Origin: a virus
Lineage: Duplodnaviria; Caudoviricetes
Virus record (IMG/VR): IMGVR_UViG_3300037067_016725
Location: 32,001 to 96,000 of that record
Reading direction: 5' to 3' (one strand)
DNA length: 64,000 bases
Shown here: one piece after another, positions 37,225-47,900 of the stretch
Numbering within the stretch: the first letter of the stretch is position 1
How the letters are laid out: each line of letters starts with the position of its first letter
Notes under the pieces: model-generated
Seen by the model: the letters and a program-made list of their open reading frames with translations, nothing else
Told to the model about the DNA's origin: nothing
The model's database searches: none
Translations under genes and position numbers: made by a program

Positions 37225-39118
37225 AAATCAGTCTTTACTGAAAGAATCCATCTTGGTTTTTCCGGATAGCTCTTTTGAGAGTTTGAAAGAGCTGCAGGAT
37301 TCCTCAGTAACACAAGAGCAAAACTCTTCTACCAGCACCGTTACCTCCCAGGTGGCCCCTTCAGATAGATGGAGAGGGTATGCCTCGGGTTTCTCAGCGG
37401 CAAGCCTTGTAGATGACGCCACCAAAGAAGCGGCTAATACCACCATTAACGGGGTAGGCACACTGGTAGATGGTCTTAGTATAGCCATAGAAGTGCTAAA
37501 AGCAGTTTCTGTGGTAATCAACGCTTTCCAACAGGATTGGGACAACCTATTCCTAGTTGTTAACTATGCAGTAAAGGAACTTCTGAAGGTACTTGAAGAG
37601 ATACTTGTGTCTATTGCTTCGACAGGTGTATATGGACTTTTAGTATATCCTAGTATCACTCCTTTCTCACCAGACTACAAACCCGCAGGTTTTCCTGAGT
37701 TCAAGGCCAAGGTCAGCAATGCCTTGACTAATGTGTCTGATCCTAATAGGCCTATATTTTATGAGGGGGATTACCTAGGGGGAGTTGTGTTGGCACTTGT
37801 AGGGGCCACTAACCTGGGGGACTTGTTAAAGGATCTTCAAGCCCTGGCCAAGTACCTAAACGATGAATCCCTGAAGTTAGCTCCAGTAAGTGCCCTGACG
37901 GCCACACCTGGTCTATTTTATAAGACAGAGGAACAAAGTAAAGGGGGCAGTGTTGCGAATGTAGCTTTAACGGCTAGCAACTTTTTGACTTCTTCTATAG
38001 GTGGAGTGAAGTATCCTGCGATCAAGCTGACATGGGCATCTCCAGAGGGGATACCCATAGATGGATATCGTATTAGAAGGAATATGGGAAAACCACAGGG
38101 TGTTTACACCAAGAAGAAGGATGAAGGAAGTCAGATAAATCCTAATGACTACTTTAAGACTTTCTATGACCCAACATTCCGTTTATCTGACACTTTCACA
38201 TCAAAGACAGATCGGTTTTTTGATGTATGGGCCAAGACTTTTGGGGATGATACCTCCTTTACTGATTTTGAAGTAGATGATGGGGCACTGTACTATTACA
38301 GTGTTACTCCACTAATCAAGAACAAGAATGGGGGTATGCTGGAGAGCCCCGGTATTGGAGGCTTTACCTCTGCTGTAGCCTCCACATGCTTACCGGACAG
38401 TGCGCTTAAAACAAGCTATGAGACTCCTGATGGATTTAGACAGGGGGTAGCTACGGGAGATCCTCCTTATTGGGTTAATACCAACTTAAGAGGGATGCTG
38501 GGTGATACCTTTGACTCTCTTATGAGTGGTTTGTATGGGCTGGCAAAGCGATTGGAAACAGTGTCTGAGTCCAATACCAAGCACTTTGATAAGATGATCA
38601 AGACTATGGAAAAGTGGATAGAGAATCTGGAGAAGTTTATTACTAAGCTAAAGGAAGTCTTGGACGCCTTAAGGGCCCTCCAGTTCAGTGGGGCTGCCAT
38701 GATATTAGCAATACCCTCTGAAAAGGGTGGTATAGAAGGGTTCAAGAAAAGATTTGAAGATGCTGCTCTTCCTGACCCCACCCCTTTTTACAAGCATGCG
38801 GGAGAAAGGAAAGTAACTGAAGGATCCACCCTACCTAAAATTCCAAACCCATTTGAGGACAACCTGTGTGCGGTGTGTGGTGGATTGGTTTTGATCGCTG
38901 GAGCTCCTAACCCTGGAGCCAGCTTTGACAAGCTGGCAGGTGCAACTAAGGCTCAGATCCAAAAGGTTAAACAGGCTGGTCAATTTGAGTCTGCAAAAAA
39001 GGCTTTTAAGGAAGCTAGGGAAAGGGACTATACCCAGGGAAAGTCTGATAGTGCTAAGGATCTTTCTAAGTATGCAGATAAGGTTATTTCCACAATAACT
39101 GGGTTCATGGGGGGTTAA
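37208..39118 (+). CDS. Baseplate-region protein with duplicated helical domain and central FN3-like domain
   Basis: IKLTWASP..GYRIRR..YYYSVTP; two similar amphipathic segments each ending GGxVL. Confidence 0.6.
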   Translation: MISTSENQSLLKESILVFPDSSFESLKELQDSSVTQEQNSSTSTVTSQVAPSDRWRGYASGFSAASLVDDATKEAANTTINGVGTLVDGLSIAIEVLKAVSVVINAFQQDWDNLFLVVNYAVKELLKVLEEILVSIASTGVYGLLVYPSITPFSPDYKPAGFPEFKAKVSNALTNVSDPNRPIFYEGDYLGGVVLALVGATNLGDLLKDLQALAKYLNDESLKLAPVSALTATPGLFYKTEEQSKGGSVANVALTASNFLTSSIGGVKYPAIKLTWASPEGIPIDGYRIRRNMGKPQGVYTKKKDEGSQINPNDYFKTFYDPTFRLSDTFTSKTDRFFDVWAKTFGDDTSFTDFEVDDGALYYYSVTPLIKNKNGGMLESPGIGGFTSAVASTCLPDSALKTSYETPDGFRQGVATGDPPYWVNTNLRGMLGDTFDSLMSGLYGLAKRLETVSESNTKHFDKMIKTMEKWIENLEKFITKLKEVLDALRALQFSGAAMILAIPSEKGGIEGFKKRFEDAALPDPTPFYKHAGERKVTEGSTLPKIPNPFEDNLCAVCGGLVLIAGAPNPGASFDKLAGATKAQIQKVKQAGQFESAKKAFKEARERDYTQGKSDSAKDLSKYADKVISTITGFMGG

Positions 39119-39120
39119 TA

Positions 39121-39618
39121 ATGATCTTCGATCCGAAAAGCCTGGTAGAAGCCCCAAGGGCACAGACCTTTGAATGGTTCTTGAAAATAGCAAGGATGTC
39201 CCACCAGCAACGGATGCAGGCTATTCCTGTTATTGAGGGGGAGATACAGGGGATACTGGACTATATCTCAGATTTGAAAAAGGCTGAGGAGAATTATTTG
39301 GATAAGCTAGGGTTCAGGGGTGATGTGTATACAACACTTCCAGAGTTTGATAGCTCTGTTAGAAACACAGCAGCTATGAACTTGGGGACCGTAGATTTTG
39401 TGGAGAACACAAAATCGGGGGATAGTTCCTTGGTAAGGGTAAGCCAGCAAGATGTTCAGTTGGGCATGATCAGTGTACTGCAGAAAATCCGTAACGAGGA
39501 TAGGTACCTCCGTAGGATAAACTACAAGATTCTGAATGCAAAACTACAGGCTAACCTCAAAATGGAAACTCTCCGAAAATTGAAGGAAGATAAGGTAGCT
39601 GTCGAGAATAAGGGATAA
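39121..39618 (+). CDS. Hypothetical helical protein (165 aa)
   Basis: ORF in operon. Confidence 0.6.
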   Translation: MIFDPKSLVEAPRAQTFEWFLKIARMSHQQRMQAIPVIEGEIQGILDYISDLKKAEENYLDKLGFRGDVYTTLPEFDSSVRNTAAMNLGTVDFVENTKSGDSSLVRVSQQDVQLGMISVLQKIRNEDRYLRRINYKILNAKLQANLKMETLRKLKEDKVAVENKG

Positions 39619-39621
39619 CAA

Positions 39622-40800
39622 ATGGCCAACAAGACAATATCTAAGGCAGAAGTATTAAAGAACCTAAGGGAGTACTCCCTTGAGGCCTTGAAAGTCCTTA
39701 AGCTACTTAAGGAGATAAAATCCCTGCTTGAAAAGTACAATATCAATACCGACTATGAATGGGACTGGACTAAGGTTATAGGTGCCAAGCTAGGATGGGG
39801 AGATGCCTCAGCAAATACGGGTCTGCCCCCAGGGGATGCAGATGTTGGGGCCCACGTTTACCTGGTAAAAAGCAAAATAGAGGTAGTAAGGAAGACCTAC
39901 TACTCAAAGTTTCCAGACCAGTTGGTGTATCTTAATCCAGAGAAGCTGCAATCCTTCAAATGCTTACCAACATCAGGAGCCCTGAACAATCCTGATATTT
40001 ATGATGCTGTTAAGAGAAGCATTAAGGAGATGAATACCAAGCTAGATAGTATCGACGAAAAGATCATGGAGCTCAATAACCTAAGTGATACCGACACTGC
40101 TGACGCTAGTATATGGCAGAAGGCCCTTTCTGCTTTTACCTCAGTAGGGTATGCTAATGTCCTTAACTCCTTTACTACCGAGGAAAAGATAGTGCAGGAT
40201 TTTAAGGAGAAGAGAATTACCCAGAACAACGAGCAGAAGAATGGGTATGTTACCATGGTTAATGGGGTGGCTGAGGGCAATAGCAGGTATTCCAGCTATG
40301 AAAAGTATCTGCAGTCAGAGCTGTCTGGTTCTTCTAGCACCCCTGTGGGGCTAAATACAGTAGTCTTAGGGCTTACCCCCGTCCCAGCCTTAGGAACTAA
40401 ATGGCTATCTGACTTTAACATGTGGTGGGCAAGCCGACAAGCACCTAAGTCTATGGATATATGTAGTAACACTAAGTCCCCTATAGATGCGACATCCCTA
40501 AAAGCAGCACTTAAGGATAAGAACCTGGTGGTAAATGGACAAGTACAAAAGTCTGCAGCAGCGGAGGACAGCAGTCCCATACTAGGGGCGGAAATAGTCA
40601 ATAGCCAAGATTTCATCATGCTATCTGCACGTTTTCACTTGGCCCTACAAAAGAATACCTCACTCACAGAAAAAGAGAGGGGAATGTACGAGGACCAGTT
40701 TAAGGCTTTAGAGCAAAGGGTCAAGACAAGCACCACAAGAGAGATGGTTCGTAATGCAATAAGGAGCATTAGTGACCTGACTAAGCAGGTATCAGGATAA
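39622..40800 (+). CDS. Hypothetical coiled-coil protein (392 aa)
   Basis: ORF in operon; AAGGGA RBS. Confidence 0.6.
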   Translation: MANKTISKAEVLKNLREYSLEALKVLKLLKEIKSLLEKYNINTDYEWDWTKVIGAKLGWGDASANTGLPPGDADVGAHVYLVKSKIEVVRKTYYSKFPDQLVYLNPEKLQSFKCLPTSGALNNPDIYDAVKRSIKEMNTKLDSIDEKIMELNNLSDTDTADASIWQKALSAFTSVGYANVLNSFTTEEKIVQDFKEKRITQNNEQKNGYVTMVNGVAEGNSRYSSYEKYLQSELSGSSSTPVGLNTVVLGLTPVPALGTKWLSDFNMWWASRQAPKSMDICSNTKSPIDATSLKAALKDKNLVVNGQVQKSAAAEDSSPILGAEIVNSQDFIMLSARFHLALQKNTSLTEKERGMYEDQFKALEQRVKTSTTREMVRNAIRSISDLTKQVSG

Positions 40801-40809
40801 TCTTCTAAT
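40797..40809 (+). promoter_or_regulatory. Putative late promoter motif ATAATCTTCTAAT
   Basis: Copy overlapping the stop codon at 40798-40800. Confidence 0.65.
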
Positions 40810-40871
40810 CGGTAGCCACTTATCAGCACTTCCCTGTTCCTTGGTGTATCCATAGGAAGGTTCTGCTTTAT

Positions 40872-41612
40872 ATGGCTACAAAAGACATAAAAATTCAGAA
40901 TGTATGCGACCATACCATATACGAGGAGATCCTGACCTTAAAACCGGATCGTCTAACCTTGTACCCCCAATTTCCGGTGGCTTCTAAGTCTTTTGCAGTA
41001 TTGTCCAGGTTTGGGGAGGCCCTAGCAGCGGAGAGATACTCCTATGTGCAGGATAAGCAGCTGCTGTATGAAAACAAGTACTTTAAGATTGTTTTGACAG
41101 AGCCTGAGCTATACCTGTCCCCTATTTACACGCTAACCTATAGTACTTTCCCTCAATTCTGCCCCAAATGCTTGGAGACAGGTTTTGTGGACGATCTTGT
41201 AGAGGTATCCCCAGGGGATGTCAAGATAGTGTCAGGGGCTTACTTACTCATCCAGCAAGTAGAAAAAACCATTGTGACCTCCTTGGGTACCAACAAGTAC
41301 TATCCCTGGGCAGGGTGTGGTCTGAGTGGCTTGGTTGGCTCTAAGATAACAGATTTTCAAATTCTTAAGATGGAAATCGTGTCTAAGGTGCAAACTGCCC
41401 TGAATAACTTGCGGACCATTCAGCAGAAGCATCAAGCTGTGAACCCCTCGGTATCACCTGACGAAGTGCTAAAAACTGTAGAAACAATAGAAGTCACACA
41501 GGATTCGTCTGACCAGACAATAATCAATTTGTTTGTTCAGTACACTAGCCAAAGTGGTAATCCCTATGATTACACTCAGATTTTGGAACTAACAAACTAT
41601 AGGGCTAGGTAG
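40872..41612 (+). CDS. gp25-like baseplate wedge/sheath initiator with Cys/His motif
   Basis: LLIQQVEKTIVTSLGTNKYYPWAGCGLSGLVG...IEVTQDSSDQTIINLFV; CDH...CPKC. Confidence 0.7.
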   Translation: MATKDIKIQNVCDHTIYEEILTLKPDRLTLYPQFPVASKSFAVLSRFGEALAAERYSYVQDKQLLYENKYFKIVLTEPELYLSPIYTLTYSTFPQFCPKCLETGFVDDLVEVSPGDVKIVSGAYLLIQQVEKTIVTSLGTNKYYPWAGCGLSGLVGSKITDFQILKMEIVSKVQTALNNLRTIQQKHQAVNPSVSPDEVLKTVETIEVTQDSSDQTIINLFVQYTSQSGNPYDYTQILELTNYRAR

Positions 41613-41614
41613 AC

Positions 41615-44600
41615 ATGGCTATAAGTTCACCTGTTATTATCGTACCAACTGATTTGGATAGCTTCCGGACTACCTCAAAGTCACAGCTAATTTCTGGTAC
41701 TTTTGTATCCAGCGAGGCGTCTACTGTAAAGTATCGCTACGACATCATTAGCACAGGAACAAGCGAGGAGCCTAATTTCAGTGGCTCATTAAGAGACGAG
41801 GCCATGACCATCATGACCAGTGGGGCGGTCAGCACCGTGTCCACTGATGTTCCTTGGTCTTTTAATGCCTCTTATCTGAATGAAAGCCTGTACAAGGGTA
41901 AAACCCTTTGTTTAGCTTTTTACTCGGTAAATGAAGGTACTGGGGAGGTAAGCATCCCCTCCTACATCCAAATGATTTTTACCACGATAGCTGACAGGGT
42001 AACCTCGGCTCCTACCCCCACTGGGATAGAGGTGCGTAGAAATAATGCATACCTGGAAGTCTCTTGCTCGGAAGTAGATACCACGGGGTACAACGGAACC
42101 TTCCTAGGGTATAACTTCTATGTTGCAACTGTAGCGGGAGGCGGGGCCCAAGGGTACTCCCTGATAAATAGTTCCTATGTCACGATTCCTTCTGGAGTGA
42201 GAACAGTAGAAGTACCTACTTCTAATACAGTCTCTTCCTCTGGTGGAGTGTCTGTTGAAACAACAGTTACAACAGCCCTTACCTCTAAGGAATACTCTAG
42301 CCAGTTGACCGGGGCTATCCTGAGCAAACTGACAGCAGCATCACAACTGGCCAATTCCACTTATGATGCTAATACTACTTTTTACTTCACTGCCACCTCT
42401 TTGATGTACGACAATACCTTAGGGTATGTGGTCGAGAGCCCCTATTCTGTGGAGGTCAGTGGAAGGTTCCTTAACTTTGCTGCGGTATACAACCAGATCC
42501 CTGAGAGAAACAGGGACCAGATAGTATCTTCCCTGATTCGTAGGGTCTTAGGAATAAGTGATAACGCTAGCCTTATGCCCACTACTGTTTACAAGGATCT
42601 TTTGGACCCAGTGAGTGAGGAATTTGCATCTTACTATGTTATCCAGGATTTTCTAGCACAGACAGAATCCTTTAGAACCCTGGTGATGTTTGATGATGAA
42701 AATGGGGACGGAGTCTCTGACCCCGTAAATGCTTCAGTCAAGAAATCGAAGTTGATGGCTGCCCTCAAGGTGAGCAACACAGATGTTGTTCAGAATTTAA
42801 TCAACTCCTTCTTTGATCTAAGAGCATCTAACCATGAGATAACGAGAATGGGGGCAGTAGCCTCGTCAGGGACTGCAACCCTGTACGCTTCTGATATTCC
42901 CGTGGAAGGTCTTCTCATTAATGATGGGTCTGTTATTTCTACAGGGTCGGGGTATAGTTCTAGTGGTGGGTCGGTGAGGTTCCTAATAAAGGGGACCCGT
43001 AAGATGTACTACAGCACTAAGAGTACCTACTACAACTCGGTAACAAAGAGATATGAGATTGAAGTAGACATTGTTGCCTATGTTCCAGGTATTCTAGGTA
43101 ATGTCTCTGCGGGTGCTATTACCCAGATGGTTTCCGGTTGTGATCCTCGTCTGAAGGTAGTGAACAACGCTCCTACATACGGTGGGGCGGACTCTGAAAG
43201 CAATCTATCCCTGGCAAATAGGGCCCAGCTGGCTATTGCTGGTTTGGATACTGGTACTAGGGGAGGCTATCTGCTTAAGTCCCTAGGAGTTCCAGGAGTC
43301 CGGTCAGCCAAAGTGGTCCAGGCAGGTGATGACATGATGATCAGGGATATTGACCCTGACACAGGTAGACACTTGGGTGGTAAGGTTGATATCTATGTCG
43401 AGACCTTTAGCACAGAAGAAAAACAGGATATCATTGCATTCTCCTATAATGGACCTGCCGGGGCAAATGCTGGAGAAAGGTTCTATGTGGAAGATGCCAC
43501 TAACTTCCTAATCAGGACTACAAACCCCCTGGTTACTCCGGCAACACCTATCTTTGAAGTTATCAAGGTTGTTAATGTTACTCGTAGCAAGTCTTATGAC
43601 CTAGCTGGGGTAGTTGCAGGACTGGGTGATGGTGATAGCATTCAGCTATCTCTTAATACCTGGAACCTTACAGTGGGTTTAGCTACTAAGGATGTTATCG
43701 AGGTGGACTATCGTTATAGGGGGTCTAACACCTATGTCCTGGATAACCAGCCCGTTGAAAGTATTGTTTCTGTGGTAGGGGACATAGATGGAACTCTCCC
43801 TACAGCTAGTTTTTCCTTGGTAAAATTGGAGGATCCTCTGCAACTAGGAAACTCCACCCAGGCAAGAGACGGTGTGGCAATACAGTTTTACAATGGTTTT
43901 CCTTCGGAATCCATTCGCCAGGTAGAAGCAGAACCCCATCCCTTTTTCAGCACAAACCCAATTAAGCTGGCCAAGAAAGGGGTGGACACAGACACGGTAA
44001 TTGTCACCTCCGATGAGAATGGTATATTCGAGTATGATAAGGACACAGACTACACAATAGGAAGGGGTGGCCAAGAGGGATATACCTATCTCTATCTCCA
44101 ACCCTATAGCAAGATACGCTCAGGGTCTGTTGTATATGTAAGCTATCAGCACTCCCAGAATCTTTCTGTGACCTATACCGTTAATGGGGCCCTAAGTAGG
44201 GTCCAGACCATAGTGGATCAGTTCAAACATGGTGTTGCTGATGCTGTGGTAAAAGGGTGTGTCCGTAACGAAGTGGATATTTACCTGAAGGTTATAAGGG
44301 AAAAGGGGTACAGCGAGGCAAGCATCGTTGCCCAGATTCAGACGATACTTGGAAACTACATCAGCTCCCAAAAAGTTGGCCAAGGGGTCAACATGGATGA
44401 TGTCATCAAAAAGGTTAAGGATGTCAAAGGTGTTCGTACTTTGTCCTTGCCCCTAGCTAGGATGATGAAGAAGAATGGGTCCTTGATAAAGAAGGATTAC
44501 ATAGGTTACGCTGACTTCAAGGTATATAGCACCAATGCGGGCAAAGGTATAACCTCCTACATCACAGTGGATCCTGTTCTAAACTATGGGACAGTGGAAG

Positions 44601-44896
44601 GAGGGGGGTCTACGGGATTGTTCAAGGGTGTTTATGAAGGAGAGCAGGCCCTGGTATCCGCGGATAGTCCCTTAGGAGTATCCATTGCTGCGGGAAGGTC
44701 TTACATCCGTTCTGATGGAAGGATAATTGTGAGCACCTTTGATGGGACACCTCCACAGACCCATGAATATTGGGCTACATACTATACTTATGTGGCACCC
44801 GGGGAAGAATTTGCTTCAGATCTGGAAGCAATGGAGACAGAAAGCTTAGTGGTAGGCAGTGACAGCATCACAGTAGATGCTTCCACAGAAACTTAA
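41615..44896 (+). CDS. Baseplate J/gp6-like wedge protein (1093 aa)
   Basis: GNVSAGAIT..VVNNAPTYGGADSESNLSLANR..VPGVRSAKV..GGKVDIYV. Confidence 0.85.
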   Translation: MAISSPVIIVPTDLDSFRTTSKSQLISGTFVSSEASTVKYRYDIISTGTSEEPNFSGSLRDEAMTIMTSGAVSTVSTDVPWSFNASYLNESLYKGKTLCLAFYSVNEGTGEVSIPSYIQMIFTTIADRVTSAPTPTGIEVRRNNAYLEVSCSEVDTTGYNGTFLGYNFYVATVAGGGAQGYSLINSSYVTIPSGVRTVEVPTSNTVSSSGGVSVETTVTTALTSKEYSSQLTGAILSKLTAASQLANSTYDANTTFYFTATSLMYDNTLGYVVESPYSVEVSGRFLNFAAVYNQIPERNRDQIVSSLIRRVLGISDNASLMPTTVYKDLLDPVSEEFASYYVIQDFLAQTESFRTLVMFDDENGDGVSDPVNASVKKSKLMAALKVSNTDVVQNLINSFFDLRASNHEITRMGAVASSGTATLYASDIPVEGLLINDGSVISTGSGYSSSGGSVRFLIKGTRKMYYSTKSTYYNSVTKRYEIEVDIVAYVPGILGNVSAGAITQMVSGCDPRLKVVNNAPTYGGADSESNLSLANRAQLAIAGLDTGTRGGYLLKSLGVPGVRSAKVVQAGDDMMIRDIDPDTGRHLGGKVDIYVETFSTEEKQDIIAFSYNGPAGANAGERFYVEDATNFLIRTTNPLVTPATPIFEVIKVVNVTRSKSYDLAGVVAGLGDGDSIQLSLNTWNLTVGLATKDVIEVDYRYRGSNTYVLDNQPVESIVSVVGDIDGTLPTASFSLVKLEDPLQLGNSTQARDGVAIQFYNGFPSESIRQVEAEPHPFFSTNPIKLAKKGVDTDTVIVTSDENGIFEYDKDTDYTIGRGGQEGYTYLYLQPYSKIRSGSVVYVSYQHSQNLSVTYTVNGALSRVQTIVDQFKHGVADAVVKGCVRNEVDIYLKVIREKGYSEASIVAQIQTILGNYISSQKVGQGVNMDDVIKKVKDVKGVRTLSLPLARMMKKNGSLIKKDYIGYADFKVYSTNAGKGITSYITVDPVLNYGTVEGGGSTGLFKGVYEGEQALVSADSPLGVSIAAGRSYIRSDGRIIVSTFDGTPPQTHEYWATYYTYVAPGEEFASDLEAMETESLVVGSDSITVDASTET

Positions 44897-44915
44897 TGAG
44901 ATAGGTGTATAAAAA

Positions 44916-47900
44916 ATGGCAAAGAACCTTGGAACCGATGTTTCTTATACCTTCGACAACGAAGGGTACAACTATGACTCTGTGGTGTATCAGGCAGGAA
45001 AGCCCATACTTGATGCCGAACTTAACCTGCAGCAGCAGCTTCAGGAGGACCTTACTCGTAAGGTCGCCCTTAACCACGGGTCGGGATGGGCCTCTTTCAG
45101 AGAACCCTATGCTAAGCCCGGGATCACAGAAGCCTTTTATACTCAGGATCCTTCAAACCCCATTCCCGAGATGGCAGTAGTCAATGGGTGGCCTGTATAT
45201 GTGACAGGTACCCAGGATGTACGCAAGAATGTCAACAAAGTAGACATGAGCGAATTTCCTTTGGTGGCAGGCGCTCGGGCAGATGGAGTGTTCCTGGAGG
45301 TATGGAGAGGTCTGATAGATGACCAGACCTCAGGAATAACAACTCCTACCGACATCACTGTAATAGGGGCTCTACGAACAGTTTGTACAGTGAATGCAAA
45401 CCTAGCCTGGGCTGCAGGGGATAATGGAATTCTTCTAAAGACAGATAGTGCCGGGGTCACCTGGAAGTCTCAGCCTTCCCCGACTTCCTATGCTATTCGT
45501 GCCATTAAGTTCATCACGGAAACCGTGGGGTTCCTGGCGGGTGACAATGGCATGCTATACAAGACAGAGAATGCGGGTCTTAGCTGGGATAAGATATCCT
45601 TGCCTGTTGCTGACAGCATTTATGATATGACCATAGTAAGTGACACCCTAATGATTCTTGTTGGGAGTAAGGGAACAGTTCTAAGGTCTACAGATATGGA
45701 GAACTTTGTACTTGTGGAAAGTACAGGACAGGCTATCGAAGATCTTTTATCCGTCAACTTCTATACAGAGTATTTGGGGTGGGCTTGTGGGGCTAATGGT
45801 GTTTACCTAAGGACTATTGATGGGGGCCTTAAATGGGATGTTTACAATGTCTACATCCCCGATCCCTCGGATAAGAAAAAGCTGGTGCTGGTCACAGAGC
45901 AGCTAAACAGTGTCCGATTCTCTAACATGAGCGATGGGTGGATGGTAGGTAACAATGGTTTGATCCTTCGTACAACGGACGGGGGTAATCATTGGGCTGA
46001 CATATCCAATTACATCTTTGATGACGCCTCTTCCTCGTATGGTTCCACTTCTAATGACTTGAACAGGATTGAAATTGTTCCTACCTATCCTCTTCAAGTA
46101 ACCATGAGCATACGAAACCCTAGTGTGATCTATGCGGTGACATACACCATCAGCCCAACCAAGCTGACACTATCTTATGCCACGCAAGCGGACCCCACAA
46201 CCTCGATAGATTGTGAGCCTTTGCTTCTAGCGGAGTATGCCACGGACGAAGAACTGGTAGCGGCCATCAATAATGTAAAGGTAGATGGCCTTTACCTGGT
46301 AGATGCCAGCTTAAGCTATACCTCCTCTAGCTATACCTACCACTCAGTTTCTGGAACTGTGAAGGGTTCTGAATCACTGGATATGAAATTTTCCTTAGGG
46401 GATGTAGCTTGGATTGCTGGGGATAATGGCATGATGCTATATACCTCCAATGGAGGCGCTCGATGGAAAGTTGTGGATGTCGCAGCTTCCTTTGACCTCT
46501 ATGGTATTTCTTTCTTGGACATAAACACAGGATGGGCTGTAGGGGATGAAGGAGAAATCTCTAGCTACCTATCCAGTAGGACCACCCAGTGGGAGGGTCA
46601 GGACACTAATCTTGTTAAGCAGATACAAAGAAAGGTGTACCCCTATGGAAACCTAAGTGCCCCTGCTACTTTGTTTTTGGCCAATGATAGCATCCACCCC
46701 GACATTAAAGTGGAGACAACTGCTCGCACCCAGATTCAGTATAGGATTAGGGTAGTGGAGGCCATTGACATTCAAAACTTCAGGAACTCGGGCCTAGGAG
46801 CACCCTATGTGTTTAGTAGGGGCCCTAACTCTACAGTTATCACTGCAGGTAGCTACCCCTATGAAAATATGGGGGCAGTCAATGGTGACTATACTTTGTG
46901 GAGAGCCCCTTGTAGAAATACAGTGGATGGGTTTAGCTATGCTATACCTATGTTTGTCGTGTCACGCAGAAACAAGCAAGCATATAATCCAACTACAAAT
47001 GTGAATGGTTCCTCAGATGATTCCCTGAATGCAATTCGACCTGACGGGCTTATCTATGAAGACATCGTTTCCGACGACATCCTTGATGTAAGAAGGAAGA
47101 TCTTTGACATATCCACATCGGAGCTGCTAGGTAGAAGCTTTGACGACCTGTTAAAGGGGAATCTGAATACCTCTATGATAAATTCTCCTACAAGGGGAGG
47201 ACAGATAGGCAGCCTGCTCACTTATGTGGATGAGTTCGCAGGAACGGCTATGGCCGGGTTCTATACGGGTAACTTCAATTCTCAGGCCATTCCAGGGGTA
47301 ACTGCTTTTGCAGGAGATGACCCTAATGGTATTGTTGGTGTTACTGGGTATACCCCCGCGAATGCCTTGTTCACCTCTCTGGTGGATGGTATGTACCATC
47401 ATTCTCCTGACTACTACTCTGCTACATACGTTAGCACTGACAGCACTACCGCGGGTCTTAGCGGACAGAACATTCCTGGCTTTTTCACGGGAATGGGAAC
47501 AACCCAAGCCCAGTTTGTATTCTATGGGGAATCAGGCATTGCTGGGGCTGGAGTTAACTACAAAATTCAGGGTGCGTACATAGACTACCACAATGTGGCA
47601 CTGTCTAGGACCCCAAATAAACCTCTACAGGTTAAGAACTACTCTGCAGGAAACCCTATCCAGTCCGTTAGCTATAATGGGATAGGTAAGGGAGTTGGTA
47701 GCCAGGTTGTCCGCCAGCTTACCACAGGTGTGGGGGAGCTGTATGACTTTGTTGAGATGACTGCAGAGTCCTTTGGTGAAGAGCCCAAAGTATGTGGATC
47801 CATGGTAAGACTTCATATCTATCGTGAGATCACGGAAAATACTACAACCCTTACAGTTCCCAAGAATATTGAAGGTTTCTTCATTATGGGAATACACAGG

